Part shown: one piece after another, positions 1 through 13,594 of the stretch
Layout: each line of letters starts with the position of its first letter
Numbering within the stretch: position 1 is the stretch's first letter
NCBI GenBank assembly: GCA_964106645.2
Contig: OZ067047.1
Source: Podarcis pityusensis
Taxonomy: Eukaryota
Direction: 5' to 3' (one strand)
Length of the DNA: 64,000 nt
Notes under the pieces: generated by a model
Seen by the model: only the letters and a program-made list of their open reading frames with translations
Database searches by the model: none
What the model was told of the DNA's origin: nothing
Translations under genes and position numbers: made by a program

Positions 1-2289
1 AGAGCGGCGAGTAAGACATTGAGTCCAACCAATGATTTGGGCGTAGCAAGGCTCGCTTCCCTCACACAGTATAACTATATGGCTGAGCCCCACACAGCAG
101 AATATAACTTTTGTGACTAAGTTTATTTCACACTGCACAAAGACAGCTGGAGAAAGGCCATGGCTTGTGCTTCAGTGCTGCTACTAGTCAGTACAGATCC
201 TGGGCTAGGCAGACTCAGTATAAACATCACGTATTCAAACCCACTGCAAGATAGGTTGGAGCCACCACACATCTCAAAGGGTTGTCCTCTTATCCATCAC
301 CTTTGGAGAGCAGCGCTCTTTTTGTTACAAGGAGGTCAAATCAATTAAAACTAGGCTTAAAAGTCCCCTCTCAGTCACTGCCCACCAATATCTCAGATTT
401 TTTGTTTCTTTTTCTCATTATATTTAATCTCTTTCCCTTTTTAAACCTAGCCTGCTTTCATGGAAGATTCAGTCATATGGTGGTCCACATCTCTGGCTTT
501 TTCTACCATTCATCCTTTCTGTATCTCACTTACATGGTCGTACTTTCCACACCAGCATGTATATTTGCCTATCTGGACTGAGCTGGTTTATGACTCAGTA
601 ATTCCATGTAAGTATTGGTCAGAAGGTGAATTGTACAAACTCCTCTCACACATTCTCCTCTCCCCACAAACTCCAAGGCAAGTCGTTGTTTAAGTTTCAA
701 CTGGGCCAGGAAGCAATGCATTGACTGGCTCTCACATTTTCCAATCATGTGCTGTGCAGATGAAATATTTTCCTGTTTGTGTTGATTAAATGCTCTTGCA
801 GCATTTGTGCAAGTCTGGAGTGCATTCACTGTGCATCCAGCCTCAGCAATCTGCAAATGCACTGCACCTCTCTGTGCTGCAGGCACAGCATTGCAGTAGA
901 GGCAGTGATGGGCTGGGCTTGCGGCTCACTACACTTTTACAAGAATGACTTCCTCTCGCTTCACTGTGATGGTCTGGCTTGTCTGGGAGCAACACAGCAA
1001 GGTGTTTTCTGAAAAGCTGGAGTGTCAGTGAAGTTTTTACCATCTCCTCCCTAACTCCCACTGCTTTGCTGGGATCCCTTTGTTAGGAAAGGTTACAATA
1101 TTTGAGGTCTTAGGTTGTTGTTGTTGTTGTTGTTGTTGTTTTAAATGAGAGTAAAGGGAGTGGGAGACACATACAATAGAGGTGTATACAATTATTCATA
1201 GTGTAGCAAAAATTGCCAGAGAAACATATTTCTCCCTCTCTCATAATATTAGAATCTAGGGCCAGAAGATTCAGAACAGACAAGAGAAGGAACTTCTGCA
1301 AACAGCACATTATTGAATGATGTCATTTATTCCCCACAAGAGCAAAAACTGCAGGTTGTCTGTCAGCAAAGCCTCTGGCTTCCTCAAGGTGTAGACCCAC
1401 CCTCGACACCATGCAGTATACTGTAGGTTTGGGAATGGTACTCACTGTGTAAGGAAACCTTGCAATGGGTCTGTCCTAATACCAGCAAGCAGCTGGAGGT
1501 ACGAAACCTTCAATAGCTGTATTTATTTGTGACCAGCAGATCAACAATTCCCTTTGGACGTGTATGAGACTCATGCTATTACAATGATTTTGAGCTGCAA
1601 TTCAGCAGCAGCAGCAGCAGCAGTGAATCTTGCACACACCCCAGACCTTGCACCTGGTGTTGGGACACTGTTTGCACCCCCATAGTCATGCTACTGAGTG
1701 AGGGATGCTCTTCTCAGACATCCATCTTTTCACTAAAGTATGCTTGGTTAATAACAAAGTTTGCCAAGGTAGATGAAGGATCTGCAGAGGAAAGGAAGGG
1801 AAGAGGCTTTCTGGCAGAGCACAGCTAATTGTACATGGAAAGGAAAGAAACCATTGGATATGGGGACACGGTCCCATTTGCTCCATAGGGTCGAGTCAAA
1901 AGACAAAGCTTCTGCTTCAAGCATTGTTCAGAATAGCACTAATAACAGCCCAGCCTCGGTAACTTGCTGTTCCAGAGGATGGAGCCAAGCAAATCGGCTG
2001 TCTTCCATTTTCTCTCCAGCTGTCTCTTTTCCTCTCTGGATTCCAGTTCTGCAATCTGAGCTTTCCCTACATGCTCCTTAGAGGCAGTAGCCAGGGTAGT
2101 GGCTTGGCCTTGTCTAACACCCTCACTGCCACTTTTGGAACTGCTACAGCTCAGCAGCAGAACATGCTGTTCCTTTAAAGTCCTTGTGCTCTTGCTGTGT
2201 GCGATGCCACGCGATGAGTCAGATCAACAGGGAATGGCCCTCACACAAGGATCAGCTGCAAAGCCATTTCCCATTCCCAGGGAAATGAG

Positions 2290-3005
2290 GTTGCAGGCTG
2301 GGAGCAAGCCCTTCCCACACGCATGGGGCGGTGTAGCCCCTGTGCCATTGGATGGTCCTCGGCCACGTCATCCTTAGGCTGTCCAATCCGCAGCTGAGGA
2401 CTCGCCCCTGTTTTCTCCCTGCTCGGTCAGTTCTCCCGCCCTTAGGCTAGGCTCTTTATTTCTTGACCTTGCTATGGACCTCGGTTGCTTGCCTTGGTTG
2501 TCCAAGGAGCCTGGTAGGAAGTTTTCCCCACTTGGCAAATTGGCACCGGCCATTTGGTTTTTCACCTACCTTGTAGCAAATCGTCACAACTTTGTAAGGT
2601 TTGGCGGTTAGGCATTGGAGTATTAGGTTGAAGGTGAGGGAAGGTAGTGGCTATCACCTACCCCTCCTAATTCAAGGGTATTCTGTTAAAGGAATCCAGG
2701 GGGGCATGGTCTCTGTCCGAAGCCCCAGACGGGGGGCTAGGGCCATGGCACGACCCCTAGCAGTGACCCTGGGGGAGTTCCTAGTTGATGTGCATCAGCA
2801 GGGCTCCCCCTACTGGTGGTTAACCCTTCTAAGACTCCTGCAGATGGGCAGGAGTCAGATATAGTCATGTGGTTTCCAATGCCTAAGCCAATACCACTCA
2901 CATTCTGTAACCAACAAAGTTGTGGCCTTTTCGCCCATTAACCTAAAATACTGTTTCATGTGTCTTTATTCCACTTCCTGGGAGGGTTTGGGACCTTGCC
3001 ACGCA
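2290..3005. mobile_element. Probable LTR-like element remnant
   Basis: GC/CpG-richer block ending in CA, with a variant AACAAAGTTGTGGCC polyA-like motif. Boundaries are uncertain. Confidence 0.35.
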
Positions 3006-4722
3006 ATGCTTCTCCCAGGAAGGATATCTGGAAATGCATGTGCCATTGAGCTGTGGTGGTGGGGAGAACCATTTCTCATTGCCCAATATTAGTATACTTA
3101 TTTCTACCCTTTCCCACTGTTATTTTGATTTGCTCATTTGTTCACAGAGTTTGTACCTGCTCTTCCTCGGAACGGCTCTCAGACAACCACCCCCAACACA
3201 ACCCCTGTCTTCAGAAAAGACACAGCACAAGATGAAAAGTAGATGGGGAAGGAAGAGGAAAACAAACCCAGGCACAAAATTCTTCTGATTCACTTCCGCT
3301 TTCACCCCTACTTTTCTGCCAAGATTCCTGGTACTGCAAGATTATGACAAGTAACTGACTCCATCATCATTCACGGGGGCTTCAAGGCTCCTACAAATAT
3401 AATCAATCAAGAACAATCTTGAAGATATCTGCGACTGTCCTCTGCTGTGTCACCAGCACTTTTCAATTCAAACATTTTAAAAGACTCACTGGAAGTTGTG
3501 AACTGACTGCCAAGTCTATGGAAATGAAATAGCTATCTGGAGGAATGGACTGATAATGTGCAGATTAATCTTTTGAGCAGAGCCAGAATGAGCGCAGATT
3601 TCTTGACTAGCTTGCATTTTGCCATTCTAGTCCCCACCTTCTCGTTACTGATCTTCACAAGAAGGACAAGCATCAGTAGGAATGCCTGAGTGGTTCATTG
3701 CAGACGTGAGTTGATCTAATCTGCACCTCCAAAACTAAAGTGCAGAGTCTAATTTGCAATTCTCCAAATTTTGCATTTTCAATTCAATAAATGTATCAAA
3801 ATGCATGGGAAATGCATATTTTAAATTACTTTAGTACAATATTTCAATACATAGCAGCACATTTTGTGAACATTTTTTAAAATGCAGATTAATGTGGAAA
3901 TGAATTATGGATGATTAATTATGAACACATATGAAAGAGACGGATCTGTCCATCGCTTGAAGCATGTGTCCACTGTCCTAGTCAAAACTTGTTCCTTGCA
4001 CACTCCCAAGCACCCTCATACATTTGCAGGAGATTGTAGCAGAAAATTATCTAAAAGGGCATGCACACACAACACAAGGCTGAGGCTCATTTTCACACTT
4101 GCCATACTTATAATGTGGGTGTAAAGGTCATATTAGCTAGAATGTTTATTTGCATTACTAATTACCACTCTGCTTTCTCTTCTGCATCAACAATGACCAG
4201 CCACCAGTGCAAATCATGTGAGAGAGGCTCAAAAGCAATTTGAAGCTGCACGGTTGTACACAATGGAACTTCTGAGCAAACGGGGATAGGATTGCCCTGA
4301 AAACATTACATGTGATAATGCTCAAAATCTCTGCCGTTTTGAGAACATTTTCACAGGAGGCTTACACAAGCCTAGAATGCAAATGTAAAATCTAGAACAT
4401 ACAGTAGATTTTCTTCTGCTATCCATGCCCCATTAGCAACGTCCATGCATAGCACAAATAGGGGAAGAAAACTGACACTCTTTTGGTGTCACGTGCGAAA
4501 TTCCCGAAAAAGCACCTTCACATATTCCAAGTGATGGTGTGGGAAACACGGGTGTTACTTCAGTTTTCCCTACAACAACAACAAAAATTAACATATGGGC
4601 ATCATACAAGTGCATTTACATGCTTCTGGATCAACTGGATCCACCAGATTCATTGACATAGATGTTTTGAGATATATATATATATCACATATCATGTCAT
4701 GTCTTGGTTACAGGAACCAGTA

Positions 4723-4950
4723 CAGTGGTACCTTGGGTTAAGTACTTAATTCGTTCCAGAGGTCCATTCTTAACCTGAAACTGTTCTTAACCTGAAGCAC
4801 CACTTTAGCTAACAGGGCCTCCTGCTGCTGCACAATTTCTGTTCTCATCCTGAAGCAAAGTTCTTAACCCGAGGTACTATTTCTGGGTTAGCGGAGTCTG
4901 TAACCTGAAGCGTATGTAACCTGAAGCGTCTGTAACCTGAGGTACCACTG
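4723..4950. mobile_element. Tigger-like Tc1/mariner MITE
   Basis: CAGTGGTACCT...AGGTACCACTG TIRs, TA TSD, internal TAACCTGAAG repeats. Confidence 0.88.
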
Positions 4951-5463
4951 TATTTCCTACAGCATTTGTAATGGAGAACTGTCCCAAGTCTAACCCAAAA
5001 GGAGGTGCAGAATTAGGGGCAATCTCCTCACAATGAGCTGAAGCTGACTTAGTGCAAAGAGCGTGCACATGGCCATTGGGCAGGTGGAATAGTTCTGCAA
5101 TACCGTACCTCCATTTCTGCAAGAACACGAGTGCTATGGACGTTGGGCAAAAACCCTTCTCTAAAAGAAGCAGCCCCAGGACATAGACACCCCAAAGAAC
5201 AGTTCACAGTGCTAGATATTAGACTGCAAAATACATAGCTGATATATCTATAAATGACATACATCATCGCTTAATGCCCCCGCTTGTGAGCTTTCCAGGG
5301 CTATCTGGCCACTGGTGGAGGCAGCAATCCAGCTCTCATGATTCAAGAGGTAGACTTGAAGGGCCATTAGAATATATGGATCCCAAAAACTGTTTTAGGC
5401 ATTTTCTCCTCTCTCAGAATGACTGACTTAGGCGGGTAAAAGATAAAAGCAAAGTTGAATGGA

Positions 5464-5921
5464 TGTTATTGTACCCCAGACAGGGGGCACAAGAAACAAA
5501 GCCCCATCTTATTGCTATTAGTGTAAATCACATGTCGAGGTCCATCAGGAGAACAAGGCTGGCATTGATGGAACAGGCTCAAATGTTTATTATTCAAGGT
5601 TGTAAAGAGATAAGCAGACTCAGGAACGCATATTGCCGTGGCATGGAGAGGCAGGTGAGGCCATTGCAGGAAAGAAGGGGGGGGACAAGCCCATGTAAGG
5701 ACATAGGAAGTTGCCATAACTTTCGGTTTACAAGAAATCAGGTGGTATTGTATTCTGCAAATCTATAAAAAGGGGGCGCACCCTGACTGGGTGTGCAGGT
5801 TGGGAGCTTATCGCCCTGTACCTTTGTTCTGCATATATGCACTTCAAATAAAATCCTGTTAATAACCTGCAAGGACGTTTTGCCGCTTTGTGTGAATCTG
5901 TGCTCCGGGGACCCAATAGCA
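5464..5921 (+). mobile_element. Solo LTR (ERV/Gypsy-type)
   Basis: TGTTATTG...CAATAGCA inverted termini, TATA (CTATAAAA ~5763) and AATAAA (~5847) in LTR order. No clean TSD. Confidence 0.65.
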
Positions 5922-7617
5922 GATGTGGTTGGTCCTTCAGACTAAACTAACTGAACTAACTGACCCAACATTTTGGGGAAACAATGGAGGACACAGAGAT
6001 AAGCATCTTCAAACAGTAATGAACATCCTATTTTAAACAAGGAGCTCATGTCTGGGGAGTGGTTTTTTTTAAGCAGCCAAAAAAAACCCTTATTATATAA
6101 CGGACAGCCACTAGCACAACTGAAACAAATTAATAGAAGCAGATCTTTAGTGCATTCCATAAGGAAACTCACATTTCTTATCTCCTTTATGAGGAGATGG
6201 AAGCCTTGTGAGCTCTGGGGTCTAGTTAGCCAAGTGAGTTTTATTAAACAAATAAAACAGCATGCATACGAAAGCAGCAATTAAAAATACAGTTTACTAC
6301 CAGGGCTGGAGAAATGCTTCAAAATAATTATCTCAAGTATTTGCTCGAATAAATGAAAAAGCAGGATTTGCTGCAACTGTATTTGTGTCCCATTGGACCT
6401 CACTGCTAGAAACGTCCACCAAAGAATTAACTGGAGGGGGGGAGGTAAAATTTAGACTTCCGCAAGCACACATAAGTGCTCAAAAGCTCAGAACAAGAGC
6501 TTCTGTGATGCAGTTGTAAACAGCACTGGACTTAAAGTAGTTCTAGAACACAGGGCTGGGTTTGAATTTTAAATATCAGGCTCAGGTCAAAGGATTTATA
6601 CCTTAAACAGTCAGGACTGGCTTATGAGATTTTACCGTCGGAGGCAGAACAGCAAATGTTGCCCACCCCATTCCACAAGTAAAGAGGCATAATATTCAAG
6701 CCTAGCTAAGATACTTAACAACCTGGGATGGGGCTACAAAAAAATACAACTTTATACCCCTGCCCAGCCACTACAATGCATGGTAGAGCGTCTCCTGTTG
6801 GTGCCAAAGGTTTTGGCTCTTCTCCTTGCGTCTACCAGTAGCAGGGCTTTCAGTGTTGCGGCCCCTTTAATGTGGAATTTATTCCCATCTAAGATACGGC
6901 ATGCCCCTACTGAGTGCCATTTCAGATTCATGCTTAACTCTTATTATATACACAAGCCTTTTCTGACTGAACATTTTAATTAATGACTGTTGATCATCTT
7001 CTGGCGTTGTATTGTTATTTTAACTTCATTACTTCTGGTGAGTGTTTTATACTTATTTTTCATTTTCTGTACATTTCTGATACTTTATAATGTTTATAAA
7101 TCTTTTAAAATAAAATAAAATACTTCTGGGCTGAAGCCATGACACTTTGTACAGCACCTTACAAACACTGTTAGACAAAATCAGTATTATTTAACAGTGC
7201 CTTGCGGGCACAGAACAGATTTGCAAAAGAATAGCTGTGTCTCTGAACTAAAAAGACCATTTACTCTCGCTCTGTGGCATGAATGGGGCATCGGTTTTTG
7301 CTGCTTCTAAAAGATAGTTCACGCCCCCACCAATGCGGCCATCTTGAGTGCACAATGTGGCATTGCGCTTATGTACTGTGTACTATGGGAAGTGAGTTGT
7401 GTGTGCACATAATCTATCTTGGCCTGGTCACGACTAGAGCAGGAGTGAGGAATCTGTGGCCTGGCAGCCAGAAGGGGAATTTCAGGTTGAGGGCAAAGGC
7501 ATCCCTCTAGTCTCCTCTATATGGCTCTCAGGATTCTCCCAGTCTACACCCCTGCTCTGCCTTCTCCTTGCTTTTGTCTGGCTGAAGTGCATCCTTCAAC
7601 TGGGATAATGCTGTGCA

Positions 7618-7620
<3 letters not shown>

Positions 7621-7654
<34 letters not shown>
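7621..7654 (+). repeat. (TG)n microsatellite
   Basis: Direct reading of the sequence. Confidence 0.95.
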
Positions 7655-7657
<3 letters not shown>

Positions 7658-8415
7658 ATGTGTAGCAGCCACTAGAAGGCAGCCTACTGTACAAAGGTAG
7701 GCGTCACCTCCATTATTCCACTTACCTTTGTCTCTGAGCAGCTCCTGGGGAGAATGTGGCCCTTGAGATAAAATTGGTTCCCTATCACAGCTAGAGGGTG
7801 GCAGGGCAGGGTGGGAGATGCTGGACACTCCCCGCCCCCAAGGTTAATGAGAAGCTCACTGAGACAATTGGAAGATACCGGACATTCAGTAACCCCCCCC
7901 AAAAAAAAGCTTTAATGAGAACCTAGAAGAAGGAACAAGAAAGACCCTCACTGTCACCTTGTGAGTCAGATCAAAACCAGCCAACACACTTTGCATTTCA
8001 CAGAAGTATTTGTAAGGGCTGCCTCGCAGCTGAACAACAGTCCTAGGATTATTCATACGACTTGCTTGAATTATTATGAATAATGAGTAAATCTGAAAAC
8101 ATGGCAACATTTGCATAGACCACAGTTCCCAAGAGACAATTATGATGGGGAGAAAAGCTTTCCCCCTCTCACCTCTGTTCAGTTCTTTGCATGTCACTGC
8201 ATCCCTTCCAGATAGTGGACTTAATCATCCGTTTTACATTTGGCAAATATGCATATAGTAAAACTCATATATTTTAGAGACAATTATGCATTAAAGGAAC
8301 AGTAAGTAAAGTCTCATTTTAGTGACCACAAATGAGAACTGAAAAATAAATACTACTTGTTAAAGGTGAAAGATTTATATGATCTGAAGAGAAACCAGAG
8401 TATAAATACTGCTTG

Positions 8416-9215
8416 TTTTTTTTTTAAATGATATTTATTAAAGTTTCAAAAAAATACAAAAAACAGAAAAAAGAGTAAAGTTTTTAAAATATAACAAAAA
8501 AGTAAAGAATAAAAAGGAAACATACAAAATAAAACAGTTAAAAAGACTTTAATTTTCCAAACCTATCTTCCCTACACTTACCGTATTTTTCGCTCTATAA
8601 CACGCACCAGACCATAACACGCACGTAGTTTTTAGAGGAGGAAAACAAGAAAAAAAATATTCTAAACGAAATAGTGGATATATGATTTTTGTGGTTCATG
8701 CTGTGGCCACAGACATGTGATCTGACAGTGAGTTTGGAGTAGCCCAATGCAAAAATCCTGAGGATCCATGTGGATCCATGCTTTGTAACCACGGAGGAGG
8801 GAAGGAAGGGGAACCATGGATCCTCTGCTCACGACTGCAGCAGATCCCCCCCGCCACCCGCAGGCATTTGCTCCATAACACGCACAGACATTTCCCCTTA
8901 CTTTCTAGGAGGAAAAAAGTGAGTGTTATGGTGCAAAAAATACGGTATTTCCCCGGACCTCCTCATACCTCCCTTTTTTGTATTCCAGTTCAGTTTGTTA
9001 GTTCAGCAAATCCTTACCATTAAACTTTTACCCAATTGTAAACCTTTTTTCATATCTCTTAAAGCATTACAGCTAAAAACCTCTTAGTTTCTATCCAACA
9101 TCCTTCTAAGATTCCTTAATTTTACAATATTTCTGTAAATAGTCTTTAAATTTCTTCCAGTCTTCTTTCACCGACTCTTCTCCCTGGTCTCGGATTCTGC
9201 CAGTCATTTCCGCCA
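8416..9215 (-). mobile_element. 5'-truncated L1 (ORF2 C-terminus + 3' UTR) with nested MITE
   Basis: Poly-T at 8416-8425. 9140-9215 is homologous to the ORF2 end of the full-length L1. TSD TATAAATACTGCTTG at 8401-8415 and 9216-9230. Confidence 0.9.
8581..8945. mobile_element. Tc1/mariner (pogo/Tigger-type) MITE inserted in L1
   Basis: TIRs CCGTATTTTTCGCTCTATAACACGCAC / GTGAGTGTTATGGTGCAAAAAATACGG, flanked by TA on both sides. Confidence 0.88.
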
Positions 9216-10946
9216 TATAAATACTGCTTGTTAAGTCCTCACCATCTGTTCAGGGCACAATAGGCTGTATGCGTGTTCAGAAGTCTGGACACAATCCAGT
9301 CCCAATTTCAGTCCCATGGATTTTCAAGCTCATTTCTAAACCATTTGTATTGAACAACTCTTAAAATATGCTTAACTGTGGCTTCATTAGGCCCTATATT
9401 TTACAAAAAGAAAATAAGAGAAAAGTTTTGACTGTCTCAAAAACCAAATCATAGCTCCAGGATACTGGATAGATCAATATATATCCTACACTTTCTATGG
9501 CCACCAGAGTTCAATATGTATTCTAAATGGAAATATAGCCATATTATCAGTAATTTACATTTGTAGCACACATGTTCAGTTTAAGATGCACTAGTTGAAC
9601 AACAGTCTTTGAAATTTTAAGAAGCAGCTCTTGAATCGTGTACATAATGCCTGATAGAAGATAGAAGATGGAAGCTATTTCAGAAACAAATCTATTTGTG
9701 ATCGCAAGATTCCAAATAGGAAAGACCTAATTTCATTTCTTTGATCATCTGGTCTAGTGCTTACATTTGCTTTGCTGTGTAAAGTCCAACTATGATTTCT
9801 TTTGAGTTGTTCTGGTTTCTTTTTTCAGCTTGTGGTTCTCGTTAGGCATCTGCAGTGGCACAAGTGGGTTCTCCACCCAGCGGAGTCATCAGCCTGACCT
9901 CCCTTACCTACACCCCAAAAGCAGGGCTAGAAACTGAGATATGAAAGAAAGCTAGGAGCTAAATGGCACCTTAACCTGGGTTATGGGCACAACTACGGAA
10001 TGTCTAGGTTCACTTTTTAAATAACAAGAATATAAAGCTGAAAATGAACTGCAGCTAAAATACTATGTTCATTTTTCACTTGTCCTTCCCCTGCCCACCC
10101 CCCTAATATTCTTAAGAGGGTCTCTTCTCCAGTCTTCAGAAAGTAGCTGGAAGTGGGGAGGCAGAAAAAGGTCCTCCTTTCCTTCCACTCTGCAGTTTTA
10201 ATCTGAAATCTTGGGTGCAATACTGCACCCAGAACTCAGAAACTAACGCTAATTAAATTCCCTGTTGCAAAATGCGCCTAGAACAATGGGAGTTTCGAAC
10301 ACTGCCCAAAAGCCTTCCTTTGAGATTCTGCAGTGTGTTGAGGACTGCCTGTATGTTTCACTTTCTTAACAGCTTTACCTGTTTTCTCTCCATCTTTCCT
10401 TGGCTCCAAGGTAGCCACCTCCTCTGTTCAACTCGGCTACTCAAAGTGGATTTCAACTGCCTTCTAACCCATCCAAACTTTTTGAAAGCTTTGCTTTTGA
10501 ACAGGTAGGAATCTATTAGCATCACCGCAAGCATTTGGGGACCACTGAAATTGGCTAGGAAACATATCCTTTTTAATTTCCATATATTTGCGAGTTTAAC
10601 AAGATGACTTCTGGTTGCAGTGACCTCGCCATGGAAATACTGCTGCAAGTCATACTGCTGTTTTCTGAAACGTGAAAAAATCCCCCCCCCCCCGTCTAGT
10701 CTTGACTTGCCCTACAACCCTAGGCATTAACAGGGAACAATGGATATTGAAAACCATTAGGCTGCTCTCAGGTTCTGTTGGAATATACATATATTGATTC
10801 CCATCCAGCTGGAAGGTAGTTGAAACCAGTTTTGCTTGAGAGAATGTACACAAGAAGAGCTCAAACCTTCGGGGTCCCTTCCAACTCTACAATTCTATGA
10901 AAAGCAAATGCTTTGGGATTTGGCCTGGGATATTGTTTAATATCCC

Positions 10947-13333
10947 AGGATTGGAATGCTAAAGTAGGGAGTCAAGAGATAAAAGGAACAACTGGCAAGT
11001 TTGGCCTTGGAGTTCAAAACGAAGCAGGGCAAAGGCTAATAGAGTTCTGCCAAGAGAACAAGCTGGTCATCACAAACACGCTTTTCCAACAACACAAGAG
11101 ACGACTCTACACATGGACATCACCAGATGGGCAGCATCGAAATCAGATTGATTATATTCTCTGCAGCCAAAGATGGAGAAGCTCTATACAGTCAGCAAAA
11201 ACAAGACCTGGAGCTGACTGTGGCTCAGATCATCAGCTTCTTATAGCAAAATTCAAGCTTAAACTGAAGAAAGTAGGAAAAACCACTGGGCTGGTAAGAT
11301 ACAATCTAAGTCAAATCCCTTATGAATACACAGTGGAAGTGAGGAACAGGTTTAAGGATTTAGATTTGGTGGACAGAGTGCCTGAAGAAGTATGGATGGA
11401 GGTTCGTAACATTATACAGTAGGCAGCAACTAAAACCATCCCAATGAAAAGGAAATGCAAGAAAGCAAAGTGGCTGTCCAACGAGGCCTTACAAATAGCA
11501 GGGGAGAGAAGGCAAGCAAAATGCGAGGGAGATAGTGAAAGATACAGGAAATTGAATTCAGATTTCCAAAAAATAGCAAGGAGAGACAATAAGGCCTTCT
11601 TAAACGAGCAATGCAAAGAAATAGAGGAAAACAATAGAATGGGAAGAACCAGAGATCTGTTCAAGAAAATTGGAGATATGAAAGGAACATTTCGTTCAAA
11701 GATTGCCATAATAAAAGACAAAAATGGAAAGGACCTAACAGAAGCAGAAGACATCAAGAAGAGGTGGCAAGAATACACAGAGGAATTATACCAGAAAGAT
11801 ATGGATGTCTCGTACACCCCAGGTAGTGTGGTTGCTGACCTTGAGCCAGACATCCTGGAGAGTGAAGTCAAATGGGCCTTAGAAAGCACTGCTAATAACA
11901 AGGCCAGTGGAAGTGACGATATTCCAGCTGAACTATTTAAAATTTTAAACGATGATGCTGTTAAGGTGCTACACTCAATATGCCACCAAATTTGGAAAAC
12001 TCAGCAGTGGCCAGAGGATTGGAGAAGATCAGTCTACATCCCAATCCCAAAGAAGGGCAGTGCCAAAGAATGCTCCAACCACCGCACAATTGCACTCATT
12101 TCACATGCTAGCAAGGTTATGCTTAAAATTCTACAAGGCAGGCTTAAGCAGTATGTGGACCGAGAACTCCCAGAAGTGCAAGATGGATTTTGTAGGGGCA
12201 GAGGAACCAGAGACCAAATTGCAAACATGCGCTGGATTATGGAGAAAGCTAGAGAGTTCCAGAAAGACATCTACTTCTGCTTCATTGACTATGCAAAAGC
12301 CTTTGACTGTGTCGACCACAGCAAACTATGGCAAGTTCTTAAAGAAATGGGAGTGCCTGATCACCTCATCTGTCTCCTGAGAAATCTCTATGTGGGACAA
12401 GAAGCTACAGTTAGAACTGGATATGGAGCAACTGACTGGTTCAAAATTGGGAAAGGAGTACGGCAAGGCTGTATATTGTCTCCCTCCTTATTTAACTTAT
12501 ATGCAGAATTCATTATGCGAAAGGCTGGGCTGGATGAATCCCTAGCCGGAATTAAGATTGCCGGAAGAAATATCAACAACCTCAGATATGCAGATGACAC
12601 AACCTTGATGGCAGAAAGTGAGGGGAATTAAAGAACCTTTTAATGAGGGTGAAAGAGGAGAGTGCAAAATATGGTCTGAAGCTCAACATCACCTCCTGGC
12701 AAATAGAAGGGGAAGAAATGGAGGCAGTGAGAGATTTTACTTTCTTGGGCTCCATGATCACTGCAGATGGTGACAGCAGTCACGAAATTAAAAGACACCT
12801 GCTCCTTGGGAGAAAGGCGATGGAAAACCTAGACAGCATCTTAAAAAGCAGAGACATCACCTTGCCAACAAAGGTCCGTATAGTTAAAGCCATGGTTTTC
12901 CCGGTAGTGATGTATGGAAGTGAGAGCTGGACCATAAAGAAGGCTGATCGCCAAAGAATTGATGCTTTTGAATTATGGTGCTGGAGGAGACTCTTGAGAG
13001 TCCCATGGACTGCAAGAAGATCAAACGCATCCATTCGTAAGGAAATCAGCCCTGAGTGCTCACTGGAAGGACAGATCATGAAGCTGAGGCTCCAATACTT
13101 TGGCCACCTCATGAGAAGAGAAGACTCCCTGGAAAAGACCCTGATGTTGGGAAAGATGGAGGGCACAAGGAGAAGGGGACAACAGAGGACGAGATGGTTG
13201 GACAATGTTCTTGAAGCTACAAACATGAGTCTGACCAAACTGCGGGAAGCAGTGGAAGACAGGAGTGTCTGGCGTGCTCTGGTCCATGGGGTCACGAAGA
13301 GTCGGACACGACTAAACGACTAAACAACAACAA
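10947..13333 (+). mobile_element. RTE-BovB LINE, 5'-truncated, 2.4 kb
   Basis: Motifs DWNAKVG, NQIDYIL, CGSDH (EN); QGCILSP, YADD (RT); ends GVTKSRTRLND* with a (CAA)n tail. One in-frame TAG (11420-11422) and a frameshift at about 12625. Probable TSD ATTGTTTAA at 10932-10940 and 13334-13342. Confidence 0.96.
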
Positions 13334-13458
13334 ATTGTTTAAGAGAAGAATGGGGAAGCTATGGCGCTATAGAAGCTATTGGACCAAAGCTTCCAGCATC
13401 CCTGACCCCCGGCCTAGCTGGATGGGGCTGATGGGAGTTGGAGTTGAATGCTGTAGGA

Positions 13459-13594
13459 CAGGCATAGGCCAACTCGGCCCGCCAGATGTTTTGGGACTAC
13501 AACTCCAATCATCCCTGACCACTTGTCCTGTTAGGTAGGGATGATGGGAATTGTAGTCCCAAAACATCTGGAGGGCTGAGTTTGCCTATGCCTG
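13459..13594. mobile_element. Palindromic hAT-type MITE
   Basis: CAGGCATAGGC...GCCTATGCCTG, near fully fold-back. Perfect 8-bp TSD CTGTAGGA. Confidence 0.88.

Noticed and set aside
4770-4940. CRISPR-like spaced TAACCTGAAG repeats
   Set aside because: Eukaryotic context, irregular spacing, and they are internal repeats of a Tigger-like MITE.
11320-13295. Minus-strand ORFs of 193 and 171 aa
   Set aside because: Antisense shadow frames of BovB.
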